Shown in pieces: positions 13,305-22,553 of a stretch of DNA of 64,000 nucleotides; the first letter of the stretch is position 1; each line of letters opens with the position of its first letter. The notes beneath the pieces were generated by a model. The model was not told the origin of the DNA and did no database searches. It worked only from the letters and a program-made list of their open reading frames with translations. A program made the translations under genes and the position numbers. The stretch is from an uncultured Thermoleophilia bacterium (GTDB lineage: Bacteria; Actinomycetota; Thermoleophilia; UBA2241), in the NCBI GenBank assembly GCA_963715985.1, contig CAVQSP010000003.1, positions 32,001 to 96,000 of the forward strand. The letters run 5' to 3'.

Positions 13305-14927
13305 CTACTTGAGCGTCAGGTAGTAGAACAGCGTGGCGTTGGGGTAGAACGGGTTGGTCACCCACGGGTCGACGTTCAATTTGGAGCTGCAGACGGTGAC
13401 CCGCTGGGTGTCCCAGATGGTCAGCATCGGGGCTTCGTCGTAGATCATCTGCTGCGCCTGGTCGTAGGCCGCCTTGGCGCCCGTGGGGTCGGTGGACTCG
13501 GTGGTCCAGCCAGTCTTGATGAGCTTGTCGAACTCGGGGCTGTACCAGTAGCTCAGGTTCCACACGCCCTTGGACTCAGTGGCGAGGGCAGTGCGCATGC
13601 TGTCGTAGCCGTTCGCAAACGCGGGATACCAGGTCACGGTCCACGCGTCCATGGCGTCCTGCGGGTTGCCGCGAGCGCGCTCGAGGACGGTGGTGAACAG
13701 CTCGCCCTTGACTGTCACGTTCACGCCGATCTCCGCGTAGGATTCCTTCATCAGCGTGGTGCCGGTCTTCATGTAGGGCTCTTCCGTGATGTAGTCGAGC
13801 TCCATGTCGAAGCCGTCCGGGTATCCGGCCTGAGCGAGGAGCTCCTTGGCCTTCTCGAGGTCGTAGGGGTAGGGCTGGATCGCGTCGTTGTGCGGCCAGA
13901 GGCCGACCGGGATCAGGCCGGCTGACGGGGTACCGAAACCGTTGATACACGCCGCGATCATGTCCTCGGTCGGCGTGGCATAGGAGAGCGCCTGGCGGAC
14001 CAGCGGGTCGGACAGTGGTTTCTTCGCGCAGTTCAGGTAGGCGATCATGGTGACGAGGGACCTCCAGGTCTGGACCTGGAGGTCCGGGTTCGCCTTGAGC
14101 GCGTCGATCTGGTCATAAGGGATGACCCCGAGCCAGTCGAGCTGACCGGCCTCGAGCATCTGCTGGCCCGTGTTGGCCTCCGTGATGACCTGCGAGACGA
14201 TGGTCTTGTACTGGTTGTCTTTCCAGCCCCCCCAGTAGTCCGGGTAGGCGCTCATGACGATCTCCTGCTGCGGCTTGTAGCTCTCCAGCATGTAGGGGCC
14301 GGTGCCGGCGTCCTTGCCCTCGTCCCACCACTTCGTCGACTTGCCCTTGGTCGCCGGGCTGAAGATCCAGGCGCCGTACTCCGACGAGGCGATGTCGAGC
14401 AGCGGGATGCTGTCCTTGAGGAAGAACTTCACCGTGTAGTCGTCGACGACCTCGATGCGGTCGAGGTCGCCCCACAGGTAGGCGTAGCCCTGCCCCAGCT
14501 CGATGATCGCGTCGATCGAGTACTTGACGGCGTCGGCGTTGAAGGGAGTGCCGTCGTGGAAGGTCACGCCCTGCCGCAGCGTGAACGTGTACTCGAGACC
14601 GTCGGGCGAGACCTCCCAGGACTCCGCGAGCCCGGGCGCGTAGCGCGCGTCACCCTCGCCGCCCTCGGGCTTCGCCCACACGAGGGGCTCGTACATGTTG
14701 ACCATGAACTGGACCTCGCCCGAGCCGGTCACGCGCGGGTCCCAGGTGGAGACGAGGCCGTCGTCGCTGGCGCGCAGGACGTCGGCCACGGGCATCGCGC
14801 TCGACGACGGGCTCGCGCTGCTGCTGCCGTCGCCACTCTCACCGCAGCCTGTAACGACCACCCCCAGACCAGCAGCGAGCACGGCCACCGCGAGCAGGAC
14901 CGCGATTCCGAGATACTTGCGTGGCAC
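13305..14927 (-). CDS. family-5 (peptide) ABC substrate-binding lipoprotein
   Basis: hydrophobic signal ending in VTGC, YTFTLRQGVTFHDG, GTGPY, DLEKAKELLAQAG; ends in TAG. Confidence 0.92.
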   Translation of the reverse strand: MPRKYLGIAVLLAVAVLAAGLGVVVTGCGESGDGSSSASPSSSAMPVADVLRASDDGLVSTWDPRVTGSGEVQFMVNMYEPLVWAKPEGGEGDARYAPGLAESWEVSPDGLEYTFTLRQGVTFHDGTPFNADAVKYSIDAIIELGQGYAYLWGDLDRIEVVDDYTVKFFLKDSIPLLDIASSEYGAWIFSPATKGKSTKWWDEGKDAGTGPYMLESYKPQQEIVMSAYPDYWGGWKDNQYKTIVSQVITEANTGQQMLEAGQLDWLGVIPYDQIDALKANPDLQVQTWRSLVTMIAYLNCAKKPLSDPLVRQALSYATPTEDMIAACINGFGTPSAGLIPVGLWPHNDAIQPYPYDLEKAKELLAQAGYPDGFDMELDYITEEPYMKTGTTLMKESYAEIGVNVTVKGELFTTVLERARGNPQDAMDAWTVTWYPAFANGYDSMRTALATESKGVWNLSYWYSPEFDKLIKTGWTTESTDPTGAKAAYDQAQQMIYDEAPMLTIWDTQRVTVCSSKLNVDPWVTNPFYPNATLFYYLTLK

Positions 14928-14995
14928 TCACCATCATTGCCGACCTCCGTTCCCCCTGTGTGACGTGCCGGGCGGTGTCGCCCGGCCGCCTTACG

Positions 14996-15059
14996 CACCA
15001 TCCGATGGTGATGCACCATTCGGATGGTGGGAGTGTAGCATCGCGCCGAGGGGAGTCAA
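14996..15059 (-). promoter_or_regulatory. promoter with tandem CACCA-Nn-TGGTG operators (ABC/hydrolase operon)
   Basis: minus strand TTGACT (15059-15054), 16 nt, TGc-TACACT (15037-15032); operator 15014-15029 (N6) and a second copy 14996-15010 (N5). Confidence 0.7.
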
Positions 15060-15377
15060 CGTCGGGCGAGCGAGGAACGTGGCGCCAGGGCATCACCGCC
15101 GGTCTGGGACAGGTTCCTCGACCACGTTCATGAGGCCGGGCGCAGCTGCGGCGCCCTCGGACACGGGCATCGACGATGCCCCCGATCAGGGCGCCTCGCA
15201 TTCTGCCGCCAGGCCGTCCGAACCGGCGACGGGAGCGGATCCCTGACGAAGATCCATCGGTCCGTTGAGGCTTTCGTTCCGCGTCCTGTCTCCTGCGACC
15301 CGCGGATCACCGGCGTGAACGGCAAGGGGGAACGCTACCGGCTCACCGGCCAGCCCAAGTCCCGCACGCTGCGCGGG

Positions 15378-15416
15378 CCCCGTCGCGGGGAGGAAGGCCT
15401 CGCTCCCCGCGAGGGG
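15378..15416. terminator. GC-rich hairpin downstream of tetR
   Basis: CCCCgtCGCGGGGAG...CTCCCCGCGaGGGG inverted repeat; no U-tract. Confidence 0.3.
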
Positions 15417-15476
15417 TCGAACGAGGAGACGGCCACAGGGGCCTGGGTCAAGCGATGTGGGGACGGTCGCGCTGGG

Positions 15477-16136
15477 TCAAACGCCGTCGGCAGCGCGCGA
15501 GCAGGCCCAGGTCGTGAGGATCTGGGCCAACAGGTCGAGGGCGGCGTCCGGGGGAAAGCGCTCGGGGGAGATCATACGCTGCGCGCCGAGGCCGTCGACG
15601 ACGGCGAAAAGGAGCTGGGCGAAGCCTCTGACCTGGTCGTCGTCCAGACCGGGAAGGCTCGAGGCGAACAAGCGCGCGTACACGCGCGTGGCAAATTCGT
15701 ACATCTCCTCGAGGCGGCTGTTGTTGCGCCCGTCGCGCGTCGCTGCCGGGATCAGTTCGAAGAAGGCGACGTACGTCTCCGTGTCTTTGATCATCTCCAG
15801 CTTCGCCTGCATGAAAGCCCGCAGGCTGTCCTTATCGCGGAGAACGGGCTCGGACGGGATGGAGAAGAGCGAAAGAAGACGCCGATTGTTGTCGTAGATC
15901 CAGGAGTCGACGACCAACTCGATGAGCCCGGCCTTGTTGCCGAAGTAGTAGCGGACGGCCGTCTTGTTGAGCTGACACTCGTTGGCGATGTTCTCGATGC
16001 TCAGGTAGCTGTATCCCCTGTCGACGAGCAGTCGGCGCGTCGTTACGACGATTCGCCTTGCTGTATCGGTGAGGGCTTCCAGCGGGTCAGGCATCGGCAG
16101 TTCGACTGCCACATCCATCGGCGGATCGACTGCCAA
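15477..16136 (-). CDS. TetR/AcrR family transcriptional regulator
   Basis: HTH SIENIANECQLNKTAVRYYFGNKAGL; TTG start after GAGGAGG (ATG at 16118 is an alternative). Confidence 0.88.
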   Translation of the reverse strand: MAVDPPMDVAVELPMPDPLEALTDTARRIVVTTRRLLVDRGYSYLSIENIANECQLNKTAVRYYFGNKAGLIELVVDSWIYDNNRRLLSLFSIPSEPVLRDKDSLRAFMQAKLEMIKDTETYVAFFELIPAATRDGRNNSRLEEMYEFATRVYARLFASSLPGLDDDQVRGFAQLLFAVVDGLGAQRMISPERFPPDAALDLLAQILTTWACSRAADGV

Positions 16137-16336
16137 ATCCCCTCCTCGCTTGTGAATCCGCTTCGTGGGCGCCCGCCAGGCGGCAAGACACCGCGTCTTC
16201 CCGTGGCCTTTTTCCAGACTACCAACGGGTGGTGCATCCCGCAACAACGACGGTTCGCGGCGTGAACTTCCGCGCCACCTTCGAGGGATGCAGCGAGGGC
16301 CGTTCGACCGCGGGTACCACGAGGCACCGTGGCCGC

Positions 16337-16383
16337 TTGACTCTCCTCGACAAGGTGCTAGGCTGCCCACCAACCGTGTGGTG
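16337..16383 (+). promoter_or_regulatory. promoter with CACCA-N6-TGGTG operator (mtmB-like operon)
   Basis: TTGACT 16337-16342, 16 nt, TGc-TAGGCT 16359-16364, CACCAaccgtgTGGTG 16368-16383. Confidence 0.7.
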
Positions 16384-16505
16384 TACAGCATCTCAGCCGT
16401 CTGCCGGAGTCGTCGGTCGCAGAGGGGAGACCAGTAGGGCGGCCGGTGTTCTTCGACGATTCGGAGTGTCACGACACTTCGGACGAAGCAGGGGAGGCAC
16501 GCATC

Positions 16506-17876
16506 GTGATCAGGTATCTCGAGGTGGTCGATCGGGCCATGACAGGGCAGTACCGCAAGGAGATGGACTTCACCATGAAGGTGCTGGTCCCGAAGCTCAA
16601 GCAGTTGGTCGTGAAGCACGGCATCAAGTACGACCCCGACATCCCGGTGCCGTATGACGACGATCTTGCCGACCGCGTGTTCCAGGCGGGATTCGAACTG
16701 TATCGGGACGTCGGGCTGTACTGCCCGGACTCGCAGCGCATCATGAGGTTCACGGAGGAGGAGCTGCTGCAGGCGCTCAAGGACTCCCCGGCCGAGACTG
16801 TCCTCGGGGAGGGCAAGCAGCAGCGCACCCTTGCGCCCCGGCAGCCGGACTCGGACGTCCCGCCGTGGTGCTGGCTCGGCGCCCTCGGCGCCGCGGTCTC
16901 CAACGAGGAGTTCTACTCCAGCATCATGGAGGCCTACGCCACCTACCTGCCTCTGGCCGACTCGATCACCGCGCCGAGCCTGGCGAGCTTCAATGGGCGA
17001 ACGGTGCGGACCGGCACTCCCCTGGAGGTGATCGCCGCGATGCGGGTCACCAGCCTGGGAAAGGACGCCCTGCGCCGGGGCAACCGGCCGGGGCTTCCCA
17101 TCATGAACTCCATTGCCACGGCCGGTTCCGACGTCGCGAAGATCGCCGGCAGCTCCTTCGGGCTGCAGACCTGGGACACGTGGGTCGTCGGCCACACCGC
17201 CGAATTCAAGCTCGGCTTCGAGCGACTCAACGAGATCGCCTGGATCATCGGCACCGGGGGAGGACTCATCGCCGAGTGCGCCCCGATCCTCGGCGGCTAC
17301 TGCGGGGGGCCGGAGGGCGTCGCGGTGGCCAATGCAGCCTACCTTCTCAGCGGCATCATCGCGATGCAGGCCGACGCCTTGCTCACCTTCCCGACCCATT
17401 TCAACCTCGGGTGCACCACCGAACGCTCTGTGATCTGGGCGAAGTCGGTGAGCGTGCAGGCCATGACCCGCAACAGCCACTTCCCCGTCTTCGTGGATCA
17501 CTACACCGCCCACGGCCCCATGACGGAGATGTTCTTCTACGAGAATGCCGCCGACGTGATCGCCTCGGTGGTCTCCGGCGGCCATGTCACCGCCACGGGC
17601 TCCGCCAAAGGCACGCACATGGACCACTTCACGCCCATGGAGCCTCGGTTCTCTGGCGAGGTGGCGCACGGCTCCGCGGGCATGACCCGAGAAGAGGCCA
17701 ACGAGATCGTCAAGCGCCTGCTCGAGCGGTACGAGAGCACGCTGGCCCAGGCCTCCCCCGGGCAGACGTACGAAGAGTGCTGGGACACCCGCCGCAAGGA
17801 GCCGAACCCCGAGTACGTCGAGCTCTACGAGTCGGTGACGAAGGACCTCGCGAGTCTGGGGGTCCGGCTCGTCTGA
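16506..17876 (+). CDS. monomethylamine:corrinoid methyltransferase MtmB-family protein, pyrrolysine-free
   Basis: family motifs YDPDIPVPYDDDLADRVFQAG, RPGLPI, GGYCGGPEG, GQTYEECWD; GTG 16506 after GGGGAGG; Met where MtmB has Pyl. Confidence 0.82.
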   Translation: MIRYLEVVDRAMTGQYRKEMDFTMKVLVPKLKQLVVKHGIKYDPDIPVPYDDDLADRVFQAGFELYRDVGLYCPDSQRIMRFTEEELLQALKDSPAETVLGEGKQQRTLAPRQPDSDVPPWCWLGALGAAVSNEEFYSSIMEAYATYLPLADSITAPSLASFNGRTVRTGTPLEVIAAMRVTSLGKDALRRGNRPGLPIMNSIATAGSDVAKIAGSSFGLQTWDTWVVGHTAEFKLGFERLNEIAWIIGTGGGLIAECAPILGGYCGGPEGVAVANAAYLLSGIIAMQADALLTFPTHFNLGCTTERSVIWAKSVSVQAMTRNSHFPVFVDHYTAHGPMTEMFFYENAADVIASVVSGGHVTATGSAKGTHMDHFTPMEPRFSGEVAHGSAGMTREEANEIVKRLLERYESTLAQASPGQTYEECWDTRRKEPNPEYVELYESVTKDLASLGVRLV

Positions 17877-17970
17877 GCCCGGCAGACACGGCGGGGCGCC
17901 GGGCCCGGCTGGCGGGCGCGCCGGGTTCGCGTCCGCGGTGGCGAGCACAACTGGCAAGAGGGAGAGTGCG

Positions 17971-18636
17971 ATGGAACGGCTCTTTGCAGAACTCAAGCAA
18001 GCGGTCATCACCGCTGACGAAGGGCTCGCGAGCGAGGCCGCGAGGCAGGTCGTGGCCCAGAGCGACGATCTTCTCGCTGCCGTTGAGCAGGGTCTGTCAG
18101 CGGGGATGACGGTCATCGGACAGGACTTCGAGAGGGGTGAGTGCTTCCTCCCCGAGCTCATCGGCGCCTCCCAGGCGTTCAACGCCGCCATGAAGGTCCT
18201 GGAGCCGGAGATCGACAAGGCCGGTGGAGACTTGAAGCGCCCCGGCGTCGCGGTGGTGGGCACCGTGGCGGGCGACGTGCACAACATCGGCAAGGACATC
18301 TTCGCCATGCTGCTGAAGGTCCGCGGCTTCGAGGTCCACGACCTCGGCGCGGACGTCTCCATGGGGAGCTACGTGGAGGCGGTGGAGGAGGTCGGTGCGG
18401 ACCTGATCGGAATGTCCGCGCTGCTCACGACCACCATGCCGAGCCAGAAAGAGGTCATCGACATGCTCGGCGAACTGGGCATGCGTGACAGGTATGTCGT
18501 CATGGTCGGCGGCGGTCCGGTGTCCCAGCAATGGGCCGACCAGATCGGTGCGGACGGCTACGCCGACACGGCGGAGGAGGGCGCTGAGCTCGCCCTCAAG
18601 CTGGTCGCCGAGAAGAAGGCGAAGACGACCGCTTGA
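17971..18636 (+). CDS. methyltransferase cognate corrinoid protein (MttC/MtmC-like)
   Basis: FLPELI cap domain, DxHxxG motif GDVHNIGK, MSALLTTTM, VMVGGGPVSQ, IGADGYA. Confidence 0.92.
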   Translation: MERLFAELKQAVITADEGLASEAARQVVAQSDDLLAAVEQGLSAGMTVIGQDFERGECFLPELIGASQAFNAAMKVLEPEIDKAGGDLKRPGVAVVGTVAGDVHNIGKDIFAMLLKVRGFEVHDLGADVSMGSYVEAVEEVGADLIGMSALLTTTMPSQKEVIDMLGELGMRDRYVVMVGGGPVSQQWADQIGADGYADTAEEGAELALKLVAEKKAKTTA

Positions 18637-18697
18637 ACCGAAGGGAATCACGGGGGTCGGGGCGAGGTGCGCCGGCCCTGGAATCTAGGAGGAAGCG

Positions 18698-20056
18698 ATG
18701 ACAATGACTGAGTTTGGGCCCTATCTCAAGGTGAACGAAGGAGGGCAGCTCGAGATCGAAGGGCTCTCGGTGGTCGACCTCGCAGAACAGTACGGCACAC
18801 CGCTCTTCGTCATCTCGGAGAACACCATCCGGGCCCGCATCCGCCGGATGCAGAAGGCGTTCACCGACCACTACCCCAACGAGATGATCATCTGCGTCGG
18901 CATGAAGGCCCAATGGGGCCTGGCCGTGCGCCGGGTCGTGGTCAAGGAGGGGGCCGGCGGCGACGCCTTCGGTCTGGGTGAGCTGACCGTCGCGATGATG
19001 GCCGGCTCTGACCCGAGGAAGATCGTCCTCAACGGGGCGAACAAGGCCGAGGATGCTCTGCGCGCTGCCATCGACACGGGCATCCTGATCCAGGTCGACC
19101 ACGAGGACGAGCTCGAGGCGGTCGAGAGGCTGGCCGGCGAGATGGGCAAGACGGCCCGGGTGTCACTGCGGATCCGCCTGCCGCTCAACGCCATCGAGGA
19201 GGTCGTCTACGTCGACCCGCGCTACCCCGAAGGCATCAGCCCCACCTACTGGGAGCGGACCTTCAAGTTCGGTCTGGACCCCGAGAACTACTTCGCGGAG
19301 GTCGAGCGGGCCCTGGCGCTGAAGAACATCTCCCTTGAAGGCGTCATGTACCACGGCGGTATCCCGCGTCGCGCGGGGTACTTCCGCGAAGAGACCGAGG
19401 AACTGGTCGACATGATCGGCCAGATCAAGGCGAAGTTCGGGTGGTCACCCCAGTACCTCAACATCGGCGGCGGCTTCGTGCCCGAGCGGGTGGGACAGGA
19501 GATCCCCCCGTCGATCGAGGAGTACGCCGAGGTCATCAGCAAGGCCATCGTCTCCAAGTGCGAGGAGCACGGTCTCCCGGTGCCGGTGCTTCTGGCCGAG
19601 CCGGGACGCTACTGCGTGGACAGCGCAGGCATCTGGGTCGTCAAGGTCGGCAGCCTCAAGGACGACCGCAATCTGGCGAAGAAGAAGTGGGTCTACGTAG
19701 ACGGCAACACCAACGAGATGGGCGACCCCTTCGACCCGTACAATCGCGTCCACCACGTCGTCATCGCCAACGACCCGTACCGGGAGGGCACCGAGGTCGT
19801 CGAGATCGCCGGCCAGACGTGCAACGCGGCGGACGTCCTCGTCAAGGACCGCGAGCTTGCCAAGATGCGGGTGGGCGACACCCTCGCCTTCCTCGAGATG
19901 GGAGCCTACAACGAGGGCTTTGCCTGCCAGTCCAACGCCATCCCCAGGTCGGCCACGGTGATGGTGTGCGACGGGCGCGCGGCGGTCGTTCGGCGCAGAG
20001 AGACCGTGTCGGACGTACTCGCTCGCGAGAGCGTGCCGCCATGGCTGATGACCTGA
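18698..20056 (+). CDS. group IV PLP-dependent decarboxylase (diaminopimelate decarboxylase fold), divergent
   Basis: LAEQYGTPLFV, MKAQ (PLP Lys), KFG, LNIGGGF, EPGRY, GAY, VRRRET. Confidence 0.85.
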   Translation: MTMTEFGPYLKVNEGGQLEIEGLSVVDLAEQYGTPLFVISENTIRARIRRMQKAFTDHYPNEMIICVGMKAQWGLAVRRVVVKEGAGGDAFGLGELTVAMMAGSDPRKIVLNGANKAEDALRAAIDTGILIQVDHEDELEAVERLAGEMGKTARVSLRIRLPLNAIEEVVYVDPRYPEGISPTYWERTFKFGLDPENYFAEVERALALKNISLEGVMYHGGIPRRAGYFREETEELVDMIGQIKAKFGWSPQYLNIGGGFVPERVGQEIPPSIEEYAEVISKAIVSKCEEHGLPVPVLLAEPGRYCVDSAGIWVVKVGSLKDDRNLAKKKWVYVDGNTNEMGDPFDPYNRVHHVVIANDPYREGTEVVEIAGQTCNAADVLVKDRELAKMRVGDTLAFLEMGAYNEGFACQSNAIPRSATVMVCDGRAAVVRRRETVSDVLARESVPPWLMT

Positions 20057-20105
20057 ACGGCTCTTCGCACCTTGTGACGCGTCCGGACAAAAGGAGGCGA
20101 CCGGA

Positions 20106-21573
20106 GTGAAACGTAATGTGCATGCGGGACATCGCATGAGCGGCGGCTTGCGCCTCGAAGTATTCACGCCCGACGAGCTCCAGGACATCCATCTGGGGAC
20201 ACTCGATGTGCTCGAGCGGACCGGCGTCTACGTCGAGAGCGAGGAGGCCCAGGAGATCTTCGCGGGGGCCGGCGCGCGGGTCGGGGCCGACGGCGTCGTG
20301 AGGATCCCCGGGTCACGTCGTCGAGGAGGCCATCCGCTCCACGCCGTCGCAGCTTGCGATGTACGGACGGGATCCCAAGCACGACGTCGTCCTCGAGGAC
20401 GGACGCGTCAACTTCCTCAACTTCGGTGAGGCCGTCTTCGTCGCCGATCCCGAGACCGGAGAGCTGCGGCAGACGTTGAAGCAGGACGTCGCCGACATCT
20501 CGCGGGTCATCGACGCGCTGCCCCAGATCGACGCGATCCTGCGGCCGGCCGGCGCCCACGACGTGCCCGAGCCGGTGGGCCCGCTCCACAACGCTGAGGC
20601 GATCTTCACGAACTGCTCCAAACACGCCATCATCGGCCCCCTGACCGGCTACCTGGCGCGGCGCATGCGCGAGATGGCGGCGGCGCTCGTGGGCGGGGCG
20701 GAGCAGCTGCGTGAGCGCCCCATCTTCTCCTACGTGGTCTGTCCGGTCAGCCCTCTCAATCTGCCGAAGGACGTGAGCGACGTCATCGTCGAGGGCGCGC
20801 GCGAGGCGGTGCCGACATCCGTCGTGTCGATGGCGCTGGCGGGGGGCTCCGCGCCTGTGAACCTGGCGGGCGCAGTCATCGTGCACAACGCAGAGGTGCT
20901 CTCCGCCCTCACCCTGGCGCAGCTGACCAGGCGTGGCGCCTCGATGATCTACGGGAGCTCGACGACCGCGCTCGACCTGCGCTACGCGGTCGCCACGGTG
21001 GGCAGCCCCGAGTGCGGGCTCATCAACGCCGCCATCGCCTGCCTCGCGCGTCACTACGGCCTGCCCAGCTGGGTCGCCGGCTTGTAGGGCGACTCCAAAG
21101 TGGTGGACGCGCAGTCCGGCCACGAGAAGACCCTCACCGGTCTGCTGACGGCGTTGGCAGGTGCCAACCTCATCTACGGTGCGGGGATGCTCGACACGGC
21201 CATGACCATCGATTACGGCCAGCTGGTGCTGGACGCCGAGTTCGCCGAGCTCATCAAGTGCTGCGTCAACGGGGTGCCCGTGAACGACGAGACGCTCTCG
21301 CTCGACGTGATCAACGACGTCGGCCCCTTCCACGACTTCCTCAGCCACGCCGACACCCTGCGCCACATGCGCATCCAGTCGCAGCCCATGTTGGTCGACC
21401 GCCGCGTCCGCGAGGAGTGGAGCGCCAACGGGTCGACGGACATCGCCGAGCGCGCCACCGCCAGGGCCCGCGAGATCCTTGCGACGCACGTGCCCACGCC
21501 GCTCCCGGAGGGTGCGGCGGAGGAGATGCGGGCCATCATCAGGAACGCGGAGCGCGAACTCGGGTGCACGTGA
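20106..21573 (+). CDS. mttB: trimethylamine:corrinoid methyltransferase family, pyrrolysine-containing copy 1 (TAG 21085-21087; extra G near 20310)
   Basis: collinear with copies 2-4; VAGL-TAG-GDSKVVDAQSGHEKT stays in frame; about 488 aa after removing one G from CCCCGGGTCAC. Confidence 0.88.
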
Positions 21574-21693
21574 GGGTTGCCGGTGGCGCGGAAGAGGCAC
21601 GCCGGCTTGGAGCAGCGCAGGGCCGGAGGATGAGCCGGGAAGGCTCCTGGAGCACCGGCGATCCGTCTCTCGTCGCCGGGTCAGGGTGAGGCG

Positions 21694-22386
21694 TCAGGCC
21701 GCCGACCCGGCTCCCGGGTGGGTGGCTCGGCCGGCGCCGCCGGCCGACTCGGTGGCCGCGCCCGCGGTCCTTCGCGTCGAGATCCACACGTCGAGGATCG
21801 ACTCGAGCATGTCGTAGGCCTCGCCGGTGTCGAGTTTCTCCGGGTCCATCGCATATTGCACAGCCAGCCCGTCGACCACGGCGATGATCAGCCTCGTGAA
21901 ACCGCGCATCTCGCGCGGTGTCAGGTCGGGGAGGTCGTCCGCGAGGATGCGGCTGTAGGTCTCCATGGCCCACTCGTACAGTGCCGTGATGCGCGCGTTG
22001 TGGCGTTCGTCGCGCAGGATCTCCGGGAGCAACTCGAGGAACGCGAGGTAGAGATCCGTGTTCTCGCTCATCTGCTGCTTGGCCTCGCGGAACGCGTGGA
22101 GCCGCTCCTCGGCCGGTCGCGCGACGAGCCCCGGGAGGACGAGGCCGATGTTCTCGTGGACCCAGGTGTCCACCACCGCCTCCATGAGGCCGGCCTTGTT
22201 CCCGAAGTAGTACCGGATCGCCGTCTTGTCGAGCCCGCAGGCGCTCGAGACACTCTCCAGGGTGAGCGATGGATAGCCCTTCTGGATGAGGAGGCGCAGC
22301 GACTCTTCGACGATCCGCTGTGCGGTCGGGGGCAGCTCGGCGAGAGGATCACGCTGAGCGACTGAGGCTTTGGCTCCCACTCCCAC
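21694..22386 (-). CDS. TetR/AcrR family transcriptional regulator (paralogue of 15477..16136)
   Basis: HTH TLESVSSACGLDKTAIRYYFGNKAGL; GTG start after AAGGAGG. Confidence 0.88.
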   Translation of the reverse strand: MGVGAKASVAQRDPLAELPPTAQRIVEESLRLLIQKGYPSLTLESVSSACGLDKTAIRYYFGNKAGLMEAVVDTWVHENIGLVLPGLVARPAEERLHAFREAKQQMSENTDLYLAFLELLPEILRDERHNARITALYEWAMETYSRILADDLPDLTPREMRGFTRLIIAVVDGLAVQYAMDPEKLDTGEAYDMLESILDVWISTRRTAGAATESAGGAGRATHPGAGSAA

Positions 22387-22453
22387 TCGTCCTCCTTGGC
22401 GGATGGCTGGCACGGGAGCGCCTGATGCCGGAGATCGGCGGGTGCTTCCGCGA

Positions 22454-22500
22454 TTGACACGGTCCCAAGTGATGCTACAGTCTACACCCACCGGTGGGTG
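22454..22500 (+). promoter_or_regulatory. promoter with perfect 16-bp palindromic operator (prpE-mttB operon)
   Basis: TTGACA 22454-22459, 16 nt, TGc-TACAGT 22476-22481, CACCCACCGGTGGGTG 22485-22500. Confidence 0.72.
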
Positions 22501-22553
22501 GCCACCACGCGGTGGACTCAATCGTCTCGCCGCCGCCCGATGCGAGGAGCTAC

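Noticed and set aside
16434-16448. TAG shortly upstream of the mtmB-like ORF as a read-through site
   Set aside because: It lies before the RBS-supported start at 16506 and is far from the family Pyl position.
15477-18362. 961-aa minus-strand ORF and other long antisense or alternate-frame ORFs (843..2852, 22518..24482, 51043..53265)
   Set aside because: Shadow ORFs expected from high GC; only the 3' TetR part of the first has recognisable motifs.
21100-21573. Separate 157-159 aa ORFs starting MVDAQSGHEKT (also 25502..25981 and 30535..31014)
   Set aside because: They are the C-terminal parts of MttB, in frame with the upstream ORF across a TAG and without their own RBS.
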